From Thermoplasmata archaeon (lineage in GTDB: Archaea > Thermoplasmatota > Thermoplasmata > Lutacidiplasmatales > UBA184), in assembly GCA_035656275.1 (NCBI GenBank), contig DASRSW010000001.1:3490-67489 (forward strand): a stretch of DNA of 64,000 nucleotides. Reading direction: 5' to 3'. The notes under the pieces were generated by a model that saw only the letters and a list, made by a program, of their open reading frames with translations, had not been told where the DNA came from and did no database searches. Positions 53,675 to 61,679 of this stretch are shown in pieces. Each line of letters starts with the position of its first letter. The stretch's first letter is position 1. The position numbers were made by a program, and so were the translations under genes.

Positions 53675-54661
53675 TTAGCGGACCTTGGGCACTTCTTCAC
53701 CGTGGTCGTGCCAGGCCCACTGCTCCGCCAGGCCGTCTCGGAGGGCCACCTGCGGGTGGAAACCGAGGTCGGCGGCGGCGCGGGTGGTGTCGGCCCAGGT
53801 GGACGTTGGGTCTCCCGCCGCCCGGGCCAGCCGCCGACGGGCCAGCGGATGACCGCTGACCTCCTCCACGAGGCGCACGGCCTCGGAGAGCCGCACCGGG
53901 GATCCGCCGCCCAGATTGTACACGTCGCCCGGGACGTCGGGGCCCGCGGCCGCGATCAGGCCATCGACAATGTCGGAGACGTGCGTAAAGTCTCGGCGCT
54001 GCCTCCCATCGCCCATCACGGAGATGGGTCGACCCGACCGGGCGGACTCGAAGAATCGGTGGAACGCCATATCGGGTCTTTGACGGCTGCCGTAGACGGT
54101 GAAGAACCGCAGCGCCACCGACGGGACGTGAAAGGCGCGTTGGTAGACCCGGCAGAGATGCTCTCCGGCGAGCTTGGTCACCCCGTACGGCGAGATGGGC
54201 TGGGGAAGGGTCTCCTCCCCGAGAGGTCGGTCCGGCTGGGCGCCGTAGACGGAAGAGGAGCTGGCGTAGACGAACCGGGCAATCGGCCGTCGCCGGGCCG
54301 ACTCGAGCAGGCGCTGGGTGGCGAGCACATTGTTGCGGACGTAACGGTCGAACTGATGCCCCCAGCTCGGGCGCACCCCCGGCTGTCCGGCCAGATGGTA
54401 GACCACCGTACCGTTCTTGAGGAGCGGTTGCGCGTCGAGGGCCATGAGGTCGCGGCGGAGAAAGCGGAACCGGCGGTTCCGCAGGGCCCGCGCAAGGTTC
54501 CGGCGCTTGGCGGCGCCAGAGTAGAAGCGGTCGAAGTCGTCGACGCCAGTGACGGCGTAGCCCATCGCGAGGAGTCGCTCGACCAGCTGGCTGCCGATGA
54601 ACCCAGCTGCACCGGTGACGAGAGCGCGTGGCGGAATACGTCGCGACCGACGGGACGGCAC
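53675..54661 (-). CDS. NAD-dependent sugar-nucleotide epimerase/dehydratase (extended SDR)
   Basis: 328 aa from GTG 54661, preceded by GGGAGG 6 nt upstream. It has VTGAAGFIGSQLV (GxxGxxG), ASSSSVYG and YGVTK (YxxxK). The longer track ORF N-terminus is Arg-rich junk. Confidence 0.9.
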   Translation of the reverse strand: MPSRRSRRIPPRALVTGAAGFIGSQLVERLLAMGYAVTGVDDFDRFYSGAAKRRNLARALRNRRFRFLRRDLMALDAQPLLKNGTVVYHLAGQPGVRPSWGHQFDRYVRNNVLATQRLLESARRRPIARFVYASSSSVYGAQPDRPLGEETLPQPISPYGVTKLAGEHLCRVYQRAFHVPSVALRFFTVYGSRQRPDMAFHRFFESARSGRPISVMGDGRQRRDFTHVSDIVDGLIAAAGPDVPGDVYNLGGGSPVRLSEAVRLVEEVSGHPLARRRLARAAGDPTSTWADTTRAAADLGFHPQVALRDGLAEQWAWHDHGEEVPKVR

Positions 54662-54748
54662 TAATACCCTCCCTAACACCCGGATAACGACCGGGGCTAT
54701 CCCCGACCGTGGCGCTAGGGTGGGGGCGCCGCGCCGACAGGTGAACCG

Positions 54749-55852
54749 GTGAGGGTCCTCTATGCGATCGCCCATCTCGACAAGGGGGGAGGCCAGGCGG
54801 TCCAGGCGGCGCAGCTGTTCCGCCGGCTCGCCCCGTTCGTGGACGGGACGATGCTGTGCCTTCGCTCTCCCGGTGCTCCCGCCGGACCGCCGCACGACGA
54901 CCGGCTCGTCGAGGTCGGCACGTTGCGGTTCCCGCGGGGAATCGCAGAGCTGGCGCAGGCGATCCGCCGGCGGCGAGGGCAGTACGACCTGGTCCATGTG
55001 TTCGACCAGTACTACGCGCTGCCGGCGAGCCGTCTCGCGCGGGCCCGGCCGCTCGTGGTCCGACTGGGAGCCCATCCGACCGAGGACCTGGGGAGCCGGT
55101 ACGGTGCCACGGGGCGCCTAGCGGTGCGCCTCGTCAACCCATGGCTCTTCTCGAGGGCCGCCGTGGTCGTCAACGCCCCGCACCTCCTCGGCGCGTTTCC
55201 AAGCCAGCGCGCCACGTGCATACCGAACGGCGTCGACCTCGACCGGTTCCCCGCGGACCGGCCGCGTGAGGCCGCGCGGCGGGAGCTCGGGCTGCCGCCC
55301 GAGGTTCCCTTGATTGGATTCACGGGCAAGATCATCCCGCGCAAGAACATCGAAGAGCTCTACGCCGTTCTTCGAACCCTTCCCGACCTCCACCTCCTGC
55401 TCGTGGGGGGGGACCGGGAACCGTACTACGGCGACGGCTATCACCGAGCGATTCGCCGAGCGTTCGAGGACGTGTTGCCGCGTGTTCACTTCGTCGGCGA
55501 GGTGGATACCTCTCGGATTCCGGTGTACCTGTCGGCGATGGACCTCTTCGTGTTCCCTTCCTTCCTCGAGGGGATGCCCAATTCGATTCTCGAGGCGATG
55601 GCCGCGGGTCTCCCCGTCATCGCGCGTGACCAGCCCGCCCACCGGGGCCTGCTCGCCTCGGGAGGGGGCCGACTCTACGCTTCGCCAACGGAGCTCGCAG
55701 GCACGATTCGGGAACTGCTGGCCGAGCCCGGAGAACTTCGCCGGCTGGGGGACGCCGCACGGGAGATCGTCCGGCGCGAGTACAGCTTCGCCGCCGCGGT
55801 CGGATCGTACCTGCGATTCTACCAGACCGTTGTCGAGGCGGCCCGCAGATGA
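54749..55852 (+). CDS. Family 4 (GT-B) glycosyltransferase
   Basis: 367 aa with a GTG start. It has the MRVLYAIAHLDKGGG N-terminus and the C-terminal EGMPNSILEAMAAGLPVIA (E-x7-E region). Confidence 0.85.
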   Translation: MRVLYAIAHLDKGGGQAVQAAQLFRRLAPFVDGTMLCLRSPGAPAGPPHDDRLVEVGTLRFPRGIAELAQAIRRRRGQYDLVHVFDQYYALPASRLARARPLVVRLGAHPTEDLGSRYGATGRLAVRLVNPWLFSRAAVVVNAPHLLGAFPSQRATCIPNGVDLDRFPADRPREAARRELGLPPEVPLIGFTGKIIPRKNIEELYAVLRTLPDLHLLLVGGDREPYYGDGYHRAIRRAFEDVLPRVHFVGEVDTSRIPVYLSAMDLFVFPSFLEGMPNSILEAMAAGLPVIARDQPAHRGLLASGGGRLYASPTELAGTIRELLAEPGELRRLGDAAREIVRREYSFAAAVGSYLRFYQTVVEAARR

Positions 55853-56084
55853 GAGGGTAAGATGGTCCCGGGTACGGCCCGACCGCGGTGGGGCGAGGCC
55901 CGTCGGCGGGCAACGGGGGCGTCCCCTTTGACCTCGATTCCCTCCTCTGGCAACCTCTGCCGGGAGTCGAGGTTACCCCTGGAAACCCGGGGTACGCCCC
56001 ACCGAGCCTCTCGCCCTCCCCGTCCCTTGAAACGGTGAGGGGGTTCCCGACCCGTTACGGAGGGACCATCCCCCCCCGCCCGAG

Positions 56085-57212
56085 TTGGCCATCGTGTACC
56101 GCGACTCGAGTGCCGTCGAACTGGGACCGGGGCTTCCCGAGGTCGAACACGAACTGCCGGTGTCTTCCCCCCGGTTACCGGTCGATCGGGCCCTCCTCTG
56201 CACCCTGGGGCCCAGCTCGCTCAACGAGCGCACCATCGCCGGCCTGGTCGAAGCCGGGGCCACGAGCCTGCGGATCAACATGTCCCACACCGACATCGAC
56301 TCCCTCGCCTCGATCATCGAACTTGTCCGCGGCTGCACGAACGTCCCGATCGCGCTCGACACCGAGGGCGCTCAGATCCGGACCGGCTCCATGCGGCCCG
56401 GGGCGACCCTGGAAAAGGGCCAGGAGGTCTGTCTCGTCTCGGACCCGGTCGAGGGCGACGCGCACACGATTCCGCTGACGCCGGGATTCGCGGTGGACCT
56501 GCTACCCCTCGGCGCCCGGGTCAGCGTCGACTTCGATTCCGCCATCCTGCGGGTCGTCCGCAAGAGTCCGGGCGTCGCCACGGCCGTCGTCGTCACGGGG
56601 GGCGACGTCGGCACCCGGAAGGCGGTGACGGCCCTCCCTTCGCCCAACCTCCCCCCGCTGTCGGACAAGGACGTCGACGCGATCCGCATCGCCTTGGCCC
56701 ACGGCGTCCGCGAGTACGCGATCTCGTTCTGTGAAGACGTCGGCGCGGTCGCCCTCGCCCGTGCCCTCACGATGGAACGGTCCACCATCATCGCAAAGAT
56801 CGAGAGTCGGCGGGGCGTCGGCAACCTCAATGAGATCGCGCGCAGCGCGGACCGGCTGCTCATCGACCGGGGGGACCTTTCGCGGGAGGTCCGGCTCGAG
56901 GCGATCCCGCTCCTGCAGAAAGCGATCATCCGCAAGGCGAACGCGCTCCGCGTCCCCGTCTATGTGGCGACGAACCTGCTCGAGTCGATGGTCCTTCGGC
57001 GCTCTCCCACCCGGGCCGAGGTCAATGACGTACTGAATACGCTCCTCGATGGCGCCGACGGCCTCGTCCTGGCCTCGGAGACCGCCGTGGGCCGCTACCC
57101 GGTCGAGGCCGCCCAGATGATCGCGACGTTGATGCGGGAATACACCGGCTCGATCGAGGGGTACAGCATTCGCGACCTGATCGGCCGGCACCCGCTCGAA
57201 ACGGTCGACTGA
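56085..57212 (+). CDS. Pyruvate-kinase-like protein, barrel (A/B) domains only
   Basis: 375 aa from TTG 56085 (alternative GTG 56094). PK motifs are LCTLGPSS, RINMSHT, ALDTEGAQIRTG, AKIESRRG, IDRGDLSREV, ATNLLESM..SPTRAEVNDV and LASETAVGRYP. The ORF ends just after the A domain. Confidence 0.75.
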   Translation: MAIVYRDSSAVELGPGLPEVEHELPVSSPRLPVDRALLCTLGPSSLNERTIAGLVEAGATSLRINMSHTDIDSLASIIELVRGCTNVPIALDTEGAQIRTGSMRPGATLEKGQEVCLVSDPVEGDAHTIPLTPGFAVDLLPLGARVSVDFDSAILRVVRKSPGVATAVVVTGGDVGTRKAVTALPSPNLPPLSDKDVDAIRIALAHGVREYAISFCEDVGAVALARALTMERSTIIAKIESRRGVGNLNEIARSADRLLIDRGDLSREVRLEAIPLLQKAIIRKANALRVPVYVATNLLESMVLRRSPTRAEVNDVLNTLLDGADGLVLASETAVGRYPVEAAQMIATLMREYTGSIEGYSIRDLIGRHPLETVD

Positions 57213-57492
57213 GGCGCAGCCCTCCGACGCCGGAGAACGACGCCGCCGCGGGGTTGCGACTCCCCGGGAGAAGCCGCTCCTTCCGCAGGGGGAACCCGCT
57301 CGAACTTCCCGCGGCGGCGGCGTTACGGCTCGTAGCGTAGCCCCCCACCATCCCTCCGGGGCCCGCTTCGGGAATGGTATGACCCTCGCCGACCCCCAGC
57401 GCGGGGGCGCGACGAAGCGGCGGTCCCAGGGACCCGAGGGCAGGAAAGTCGGAGATTCTGAGCGGGAGGTGAGCCGCCGGGGCTCCCGTCCC

Positions 57493-58173
57493 CTAGCGGG
57501 CGGTCCCGACGGCCAGCAGCTGTCCGGGAGCCGGGGCCCCTTCGGGGCCCGACCCCGGAGAAAGTCGACCGGGCTCGACCCCAGGACCCAGCGGCGCGCT
57601 CAACCAACCCGCGCGGAACAAGGCGTCCACAATATCCCCCGCGAGGACGCCGGGGGGGCGCGGTACTCCACTCACGACGACATCGGCGCGATCGTCCGAC
57701 TCCGGGTCCGGCCCCGAACGCGGACTCTCAAGAGGATAGGTCGCCGCCGGAATCGTCGCTTCCTGAATGTGGGGTCCCTCCACGAACCAGTAGATGGTGG
57801 GGATCGGGGGTGGCCTGCCGTCCGTGCCGGCCGGTTCTAGCAATACCCGGATCAATCCGGTGAGGCGATGGCGCACCGTCCGCGTGGCCTCCGAGTCCAG
57901 GGACGGGCCGGCGACCACCACGGTCCGGTCCCGGCTCGCCATGGCAGCGGCCATATCGGCGAGGTAACCGATCAGGTCGGGATCGGCCCGGGCGCCAGCA
58001 CATCGGTCCGCCCATTCTACGGGGTCGACGCAGACCAACTCGGCAGGCACGCGCCGCTCGAGGAGCTGCCGCTGGACCCCGCGCCCGATGGGCTCGACGG
58101 GTCCGGCCGACGACACGGAGATCCAGATGCAGGGGGGGCTGGTCTGCCACGCGAGAACCTCGGCGTCGGGCAC
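57493..58173 (-). CDS. Hypothetical protein, weak APS-kinase-like pattern with degenerate P-loop
   Basis: 226 aa from GTG 58173 (track start 58380 adds an Arg/Pro-rich segment with lower third-position GC). In the first 40 codons, 38 end in G or C. The layout IWISVSSAGPVEPIG...VVVAGPS...YPLESP..PDPE loosely parallels adenylylsulfate kinase. Confidence 0.35.
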   Translation of the reverse strand: MPDAEVLAWQTSPPCIWISVSSAGPVEPIGRGVQRQLLERRVPAELVCVDPVEWADRCAGARADPDLIGYLADMAAAMASRDRTVVVAGPSLDSEATRTVRHRLTGLIRVLLEPAGTDGRPPPIPTIYWFVEGPHIQEATIPAATYPLESPRSGPDPESDDRADVVVSGVPRPPGVLAGDIVDALFRAGWLSAPLGPGVEPGRLSPGSGPEGAPAPGQLLAVGTAR

Positions 58174-58418
58174 TCCGACGCGTGGGTCTCCCTCGCGCTT
58201 GGGCGGGGTCGGGGGAGGGGGTGGAAGAATCGGCGGGGCGCCGGGTTCGGTCACGCGGGGCCTCCTGGACGGGCGGAGGTTAGGGAAGCATCGACCACCG
58301 AAGCCCGTCCCCTTCCGAGAACGGCGCCGGCCTCGCCCTCGGACCACGCGGGGCCGCCGACGGGGGTCTCCACCCTCCACGGCGTGCGTCGCATCATCGG
58401 CCGACCCTCTCCCTCACG

Positions 58419-60005
58419 TCAGCCTCCCACCAATCGCCGGAGTGAGGAGGGCCGGTGAGCGCCGAGAGCCCGCGGCCGAGGCGGGCGCCGGACGGCGGGC
58501 GGTTCCTGCCGCGCGACCTCGATCGGGAACCCGGCGGCGTTGGCCCCCAGCAGGACGAGCTCGCGTCGCGACCAGGTCGGTTCGAGCGAGGCGCACAGAA
58601 TGTAGAGCGCGGCGAACGGCCAACCGGGCAGCCGTTCGCGATGGAACGGCGGCGGAGTCGCTGGTGCCGCCAGCGGTGGGGCCCGGTCCCCGCCCGGCCG
58701 AGCGCGCAAGCAAACGATCCGACCGGTCCGCGGAATACCCAACCACAGGGGAGAGGGGTCGCTGGTGAAACGTTCGCGCTCCGGCAACGCGACAACCACG
58801 GTCGACCCGAGTCCGCTGACGGGCTCCGTGAGCCCCGGCAAGAGTGTGGTTAACGCCGGCGTCGACGGCCGGGACGGGAGCGTCGCCCGGACGACCGAAG
58901 CTTGGGGGGCGGCCACCGTCAGGCGGCGGGCGACGGCGGCCGTCTCGGCGGACCGGTCGGGGGAGCTCATCAGGACGACGTGCTCCGGCGCGAGTCCAAG
59001 GAGGACGGCATTCAGCAGCGGGCGGGTCTCGGTCCCCCCGCCCGGACCGGCCGCCGCCGTCGCCGGGATCGGACGAAGGGAGTGACGGAGGATGGACAGC
59101 AGAATGCGAGCACCGTCTCGGACGGCATGGAGCTTCGCCGTTCCTACGCGCTTTCGGTAGGTGACCGGGAACTGCGCAACGCTGCATTTGCTCTTGAACG
59201 CCTTGACGAAGAGTTCGGCTTCGATGTCGAATCCATTGGACTCAAGTCCGAGGGCGGGGAGGACCTCCGTGCGGACGCCCCAAAACCCGCTGCAGACGTC
59301 GAGGAGCGGCTGACGAGTGAACTGTGCCGCGGTGAAGTTGAGCAGCCCATTCCCCACCCGGTGGATCAGGTCGCGAACGGTACGAAGGGTCGAGGTCTCC
59401 CGACGTCGGACGCCCACGACGAGGTCTCGACCGAGGTCGAGGAGGTCGAACAGCGCCGGCAACGAGCCACCGGGGTACGTGGCATCCGCGTCCATGACCG
59501 CCACCGCGTCGTACCCGTGCCCGGCCGCCCAAGCGAGCCCCTCCCGGATGGCCGCCCCCTTCCCCCGGGAGCGTTGCGTCAGTACGGGCACGTTCCACCG
59601 GTCCGCCACCGCGCGGGTCCCATCGGTCGAGTTGCCGTCGACCACCAGGACCGACGGAGCGGACTGAGGAGAGCGGAACGCAACCCGGCCGAACTCGCGC
59701 AACGTGGCCTCGAGCCCATCCTCTTCGTTCAGGGTGGGCAGGAGGACCAGGTGCCGCGTCTTACCGGCCGCTGGCTCGGTCGGGCGCGCCGGGGCCGAGC
59801 CATTGATGCCCCCAGCGCCTCTACCTTCAGGGGATTCAATCGGCGTGGGTCGTCCCTCGGCGGATTGCGAGGGCCGATGCCCCTCGAAGGTGTAAGGCAG
59901 GAAGATCCCCGGAGCCCGCATTTGAGCTCTCGACCCCGGGCCGAGATAAAGACCGTACGTATCGCGACGATAACATGGTGTCAAATCGGTCGGTTCCCCG
60001 GTCAT
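58419..60005 (-). CDS. Family 2 glycosyltransferase with ~200-aa C-terminal domain of unknown function
   Basis: 528 aa. The GT-A motifs LLPTLNEEDGL, VLVVDGNSTDGT and MDADATYP parallel 7985..8779. The C-terminal ~200 aa (LLNAVLLGLAPEHVVLMSS...ELVLLGANAAGFPIEV) is not recognised. The N-terminal start is uncertain. Confidence 0.75.
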   Translation of the reverse strand: MTGEPTDLTPCYRRDTYGLYLGPGSRAQMRAPGIFLPYTFEGHRPSQSAEGRPTPIESPEGRGAGGINGSAPARPTEPAAGKTRHLVLLPTLNEEDGLEATLREFGRVAFRSPQSAPSVLVVDGNSTDGTRAVADRWNVPVLTQRSRGKGAAIREGLAWAAGHGYDAVAVMDADATYPGGSLPALFDLLDLGRDLVVGVRRRETSTLRTVRDLIHRVGNGLLNFTAAQFTRQPLLDVCSGFWGVRTEVLPALGLESNGFDIEAELFVKAFKSKCSVAQFPVTYRKRVGTAKLHAVRDGARILLSILRHSLRPIPATAAAGPGGGTETRPLLNAVLLGLAPEHVVLMSSPDRSAETAAVARRLTVAAPQASVVRATLPSRPSTPALTTLLPGLTEPVSGLGSTVVVALPERERFTSDPSPLWLGIPRTGRIVCLRARPGGDRAPPLAAPATPPPFHRERLPGWPFAALYILCASLEPTWSRRELVLLGANAAGFPIEVARQEPPAVRRPPRPRALGAHRPSSLRRLVGG

Positions 60006-60079
60006 GTTGGGTCCGACGGGGATTGGGCGCCGAGGGCCGGCCCCGGGGTGCGGAACCCGGGGTGAGGGTGGGCCCGACC

Positions 60080-60391
60080 TTATGGGGAGGGCGCGCCGCG
60101 CTTTCGCAGTCGCAGGAACAGAAAGATCGGCTCGCCGAGCCGCGCGAGGGTCTCGCCGTCCGGCGCTAGCCGGTATCGCACGCGCGGGGGTCGTTCATCC
60201 AGCACCTGACGGACCACCAGATTGCGCCCCTCGAGGGATTTTAGCCGCCCGGAAAGGACGCGAGGGGTGATTCCACGCAGCTGCCGTCGGAGCTCTTCAA
60301 ACCCGGCGGCGCGCAGCGAAGAGAGGGTGACGAGAATCTCGAGCGACCACTTCCCGAAGAACTCGTGGATGATATCGAGGTTCGCTTCCAC
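60080..60391 (-). CDS. HxlR-family wHTH regulator (canonical-start version; a longer form may begin at CTG 60574)
   Basis: 103 aa from GTG 60391: FFGKWSLEILVTL...GFEELRRQLRGITPRVLSGRLKSLEGRNLVVRQVLDERPPRVRYRLAPDG. The in-frame upstream sequence up to TAG 60602..60604 is homologous to the N-extension of 42964..43494. Confidence 0.75.
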   Translation of the reverse strand: MEANLDIIHEFFGKWSLEILVTLSSLRAAGFEELRRQLRGITPRVLSGRLKSLEGRNLVVRQVLDERPPRVRYRLAPDGETLARLGEPIFLFLRLRKRGAPSP

Positions 60392-60594
60392 CGTGGCGTG
60401 CGGGTCCGAGCCGTTCAGTCCCGCTTCGGAACGTGTCAGCTCTTCGACCCAAGCGGCGGTCTGGACCCGAAGCTCCTCGAAGCGGACCCGGAGGTCGCTG
60501 GAAACGGGGGCCCCACCTCGCGTTTCCGCCTTGGTCTCGAACGTCCGAACTCCCCGGATACCCCTGGTCTCCAGCGACGGTATCTTTTCCAGAG

Positions 60595-60600
60595 TTATAA
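60595..60600 (-). promoter_or_regulatory. TATA-like box upstream of HxlR paralogue 2
   Basis: TTATAA (within GTTATAAC) is centred ~24 nt upstream of CTG 60574 but ~205 nt upstream of the canonical GTG 60391. Confidence 0.4.
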
Positions 60601-61064
60601 CCTAACTCCAAAGTAACGCCGTATCGCCGGCCCGCCTGCCCGTGTCCTTGGGACGAGCAAGAAGGTGCAAGACCAACTGGGCGTCGACCTCGGCCGCGTA
60701 GCCTTGTCGTCTCGCTTTGGCCGGCCGGGTGGGACCTCCCCAGACCCGCCTCGATCCGGGGCCGAGCGCTCCGTCGGCCGGGTCGGCGGAACGGGCCGGC
60801 ACGAGAGAGCCTCCGACCAGGTCTACGGACGGCCGGTTCCGGCGTAGGCAGGCTAGCGGAAGGTGGGCCATGCAATGGGTCAAACGAGCCGGGTCGATTC
60901 TGCCCCCGAATCGGCTAGGACGGCTCACCGCCGATTCCCGGGCCGGGGTCAGCCATTCTGGGCGTGGACCGTCGGAAGGGGTACCGGGTTTCACCTCACA
61001 GGGATTACCGTGAAGCTCCTCGTCCCATCGATCACCCCCTCACCACGATCTCAACAAGGCCCCC

Positions 61065-61475
61065 TCAGCCGCAGGTGAATGTGGCCTGGGCGATGTTCTG
61101 GGGACCTGTGAAGTTCAGGAGGTACCTCCCCCCGCACGAGCTGATGACCACCGTGACGTTGACCGAGGAGCCGGGGCTCAACGTCCCTCCGCTCGGCGAG
61201 AAGGTCGCCTGCCCCGTGCTCGAGCTGGTCCAAGTGGCGTTAGCGTTCGACCGGGCCGACTCCGTCAGCCGGAGCGAGCAGTGCCACGCCAGGCCGGAGT
61301 ACGGGCAGGTCGCGGCGAGCGTAGAAACGTCGCCGGGTGCCCCGACTGTGCCGGGTGACACGGTCAGGTGCGTCCGCAGGACGTGGGGGGACCCCGAAGC
61401 CGGTACCCCGAGCATTAGGAAGGTCGCCAGTATCGTCAGACCGACGGAGACACCCGCGACTCGCGGACGCGCCAT
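61065..61475 (-). CDS. Small secreted Cys-containing protein, unknown function
   Basis: 136 aa. It has a signal-like N-terminus (VSVGLTILATFLMLGVPASG), a beta-rich Ser/Thr-rich body, five Cys, and sequons (NAT, NVT, NFT). No family recognised. Confidence 0.5.
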   Translation of the reverse strand: MARPRVAGVSVGLTILATFLMLGVPASGSPHVLRTHLTVSPGTVGAPGDVSTLAATCPYSGLAWHCSLRLTESARSNANATWTSSSTGQATFSPSGGTLSPGSSVNVTVVISSCGGRYLLNFTGPQNIAQATFTCG

Positions 61476-61679
61476 ACTCGCGTCGGGTATGGTCCTTCAT
61501 CAGCAAATGGCCGCGCCTTAGGGCCTAACCGACTGGTGCGCGTCGAAATACATTGGATCAACGCTAGTCTCACGCCCGTTGCAGCGAGGGCGGCCCGGGG
61601 GCCCGCCACGCTCACTCCCCTCCGCCGGCGCTGGGGGTCGTCCGGGTCCGGGGGGTAACGGACTACCCGGCGAGTTAGG

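Noticed and set aside
57441-57455. GGAAAGTC resembling the RNase P RNA CR-I motif, in a 280-bp convergent intergenic region
   Set aside because: The motif is imperfect (GGAAAGTCGG rather than GGAAAGTCCGG). I could not find the other conserved regions, such as ACAGAA..CGGCTTA, on either strand.
58201-58224. G-quadruplex-type motif GGGCGGGGTCGGGGGAGGGGG
   Set aside because: G-runs of this kind are expected by chance in DNA this GC-rich, and this one is the complement of Pro codons. There is no evidence of function.
60602-60994. 130-aa minus-strand ORF ending at the same TAG that bounds the HxlR 2 extension, raising the question of TAG read-through or pyrrolysine
   Set aside because: TAG is used as an ordinary stop by trxB, the flavin reductase, the ABC-2 permease and others in this window. 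The ORF has weak coding statistics and no similarity to the HxlR extension.
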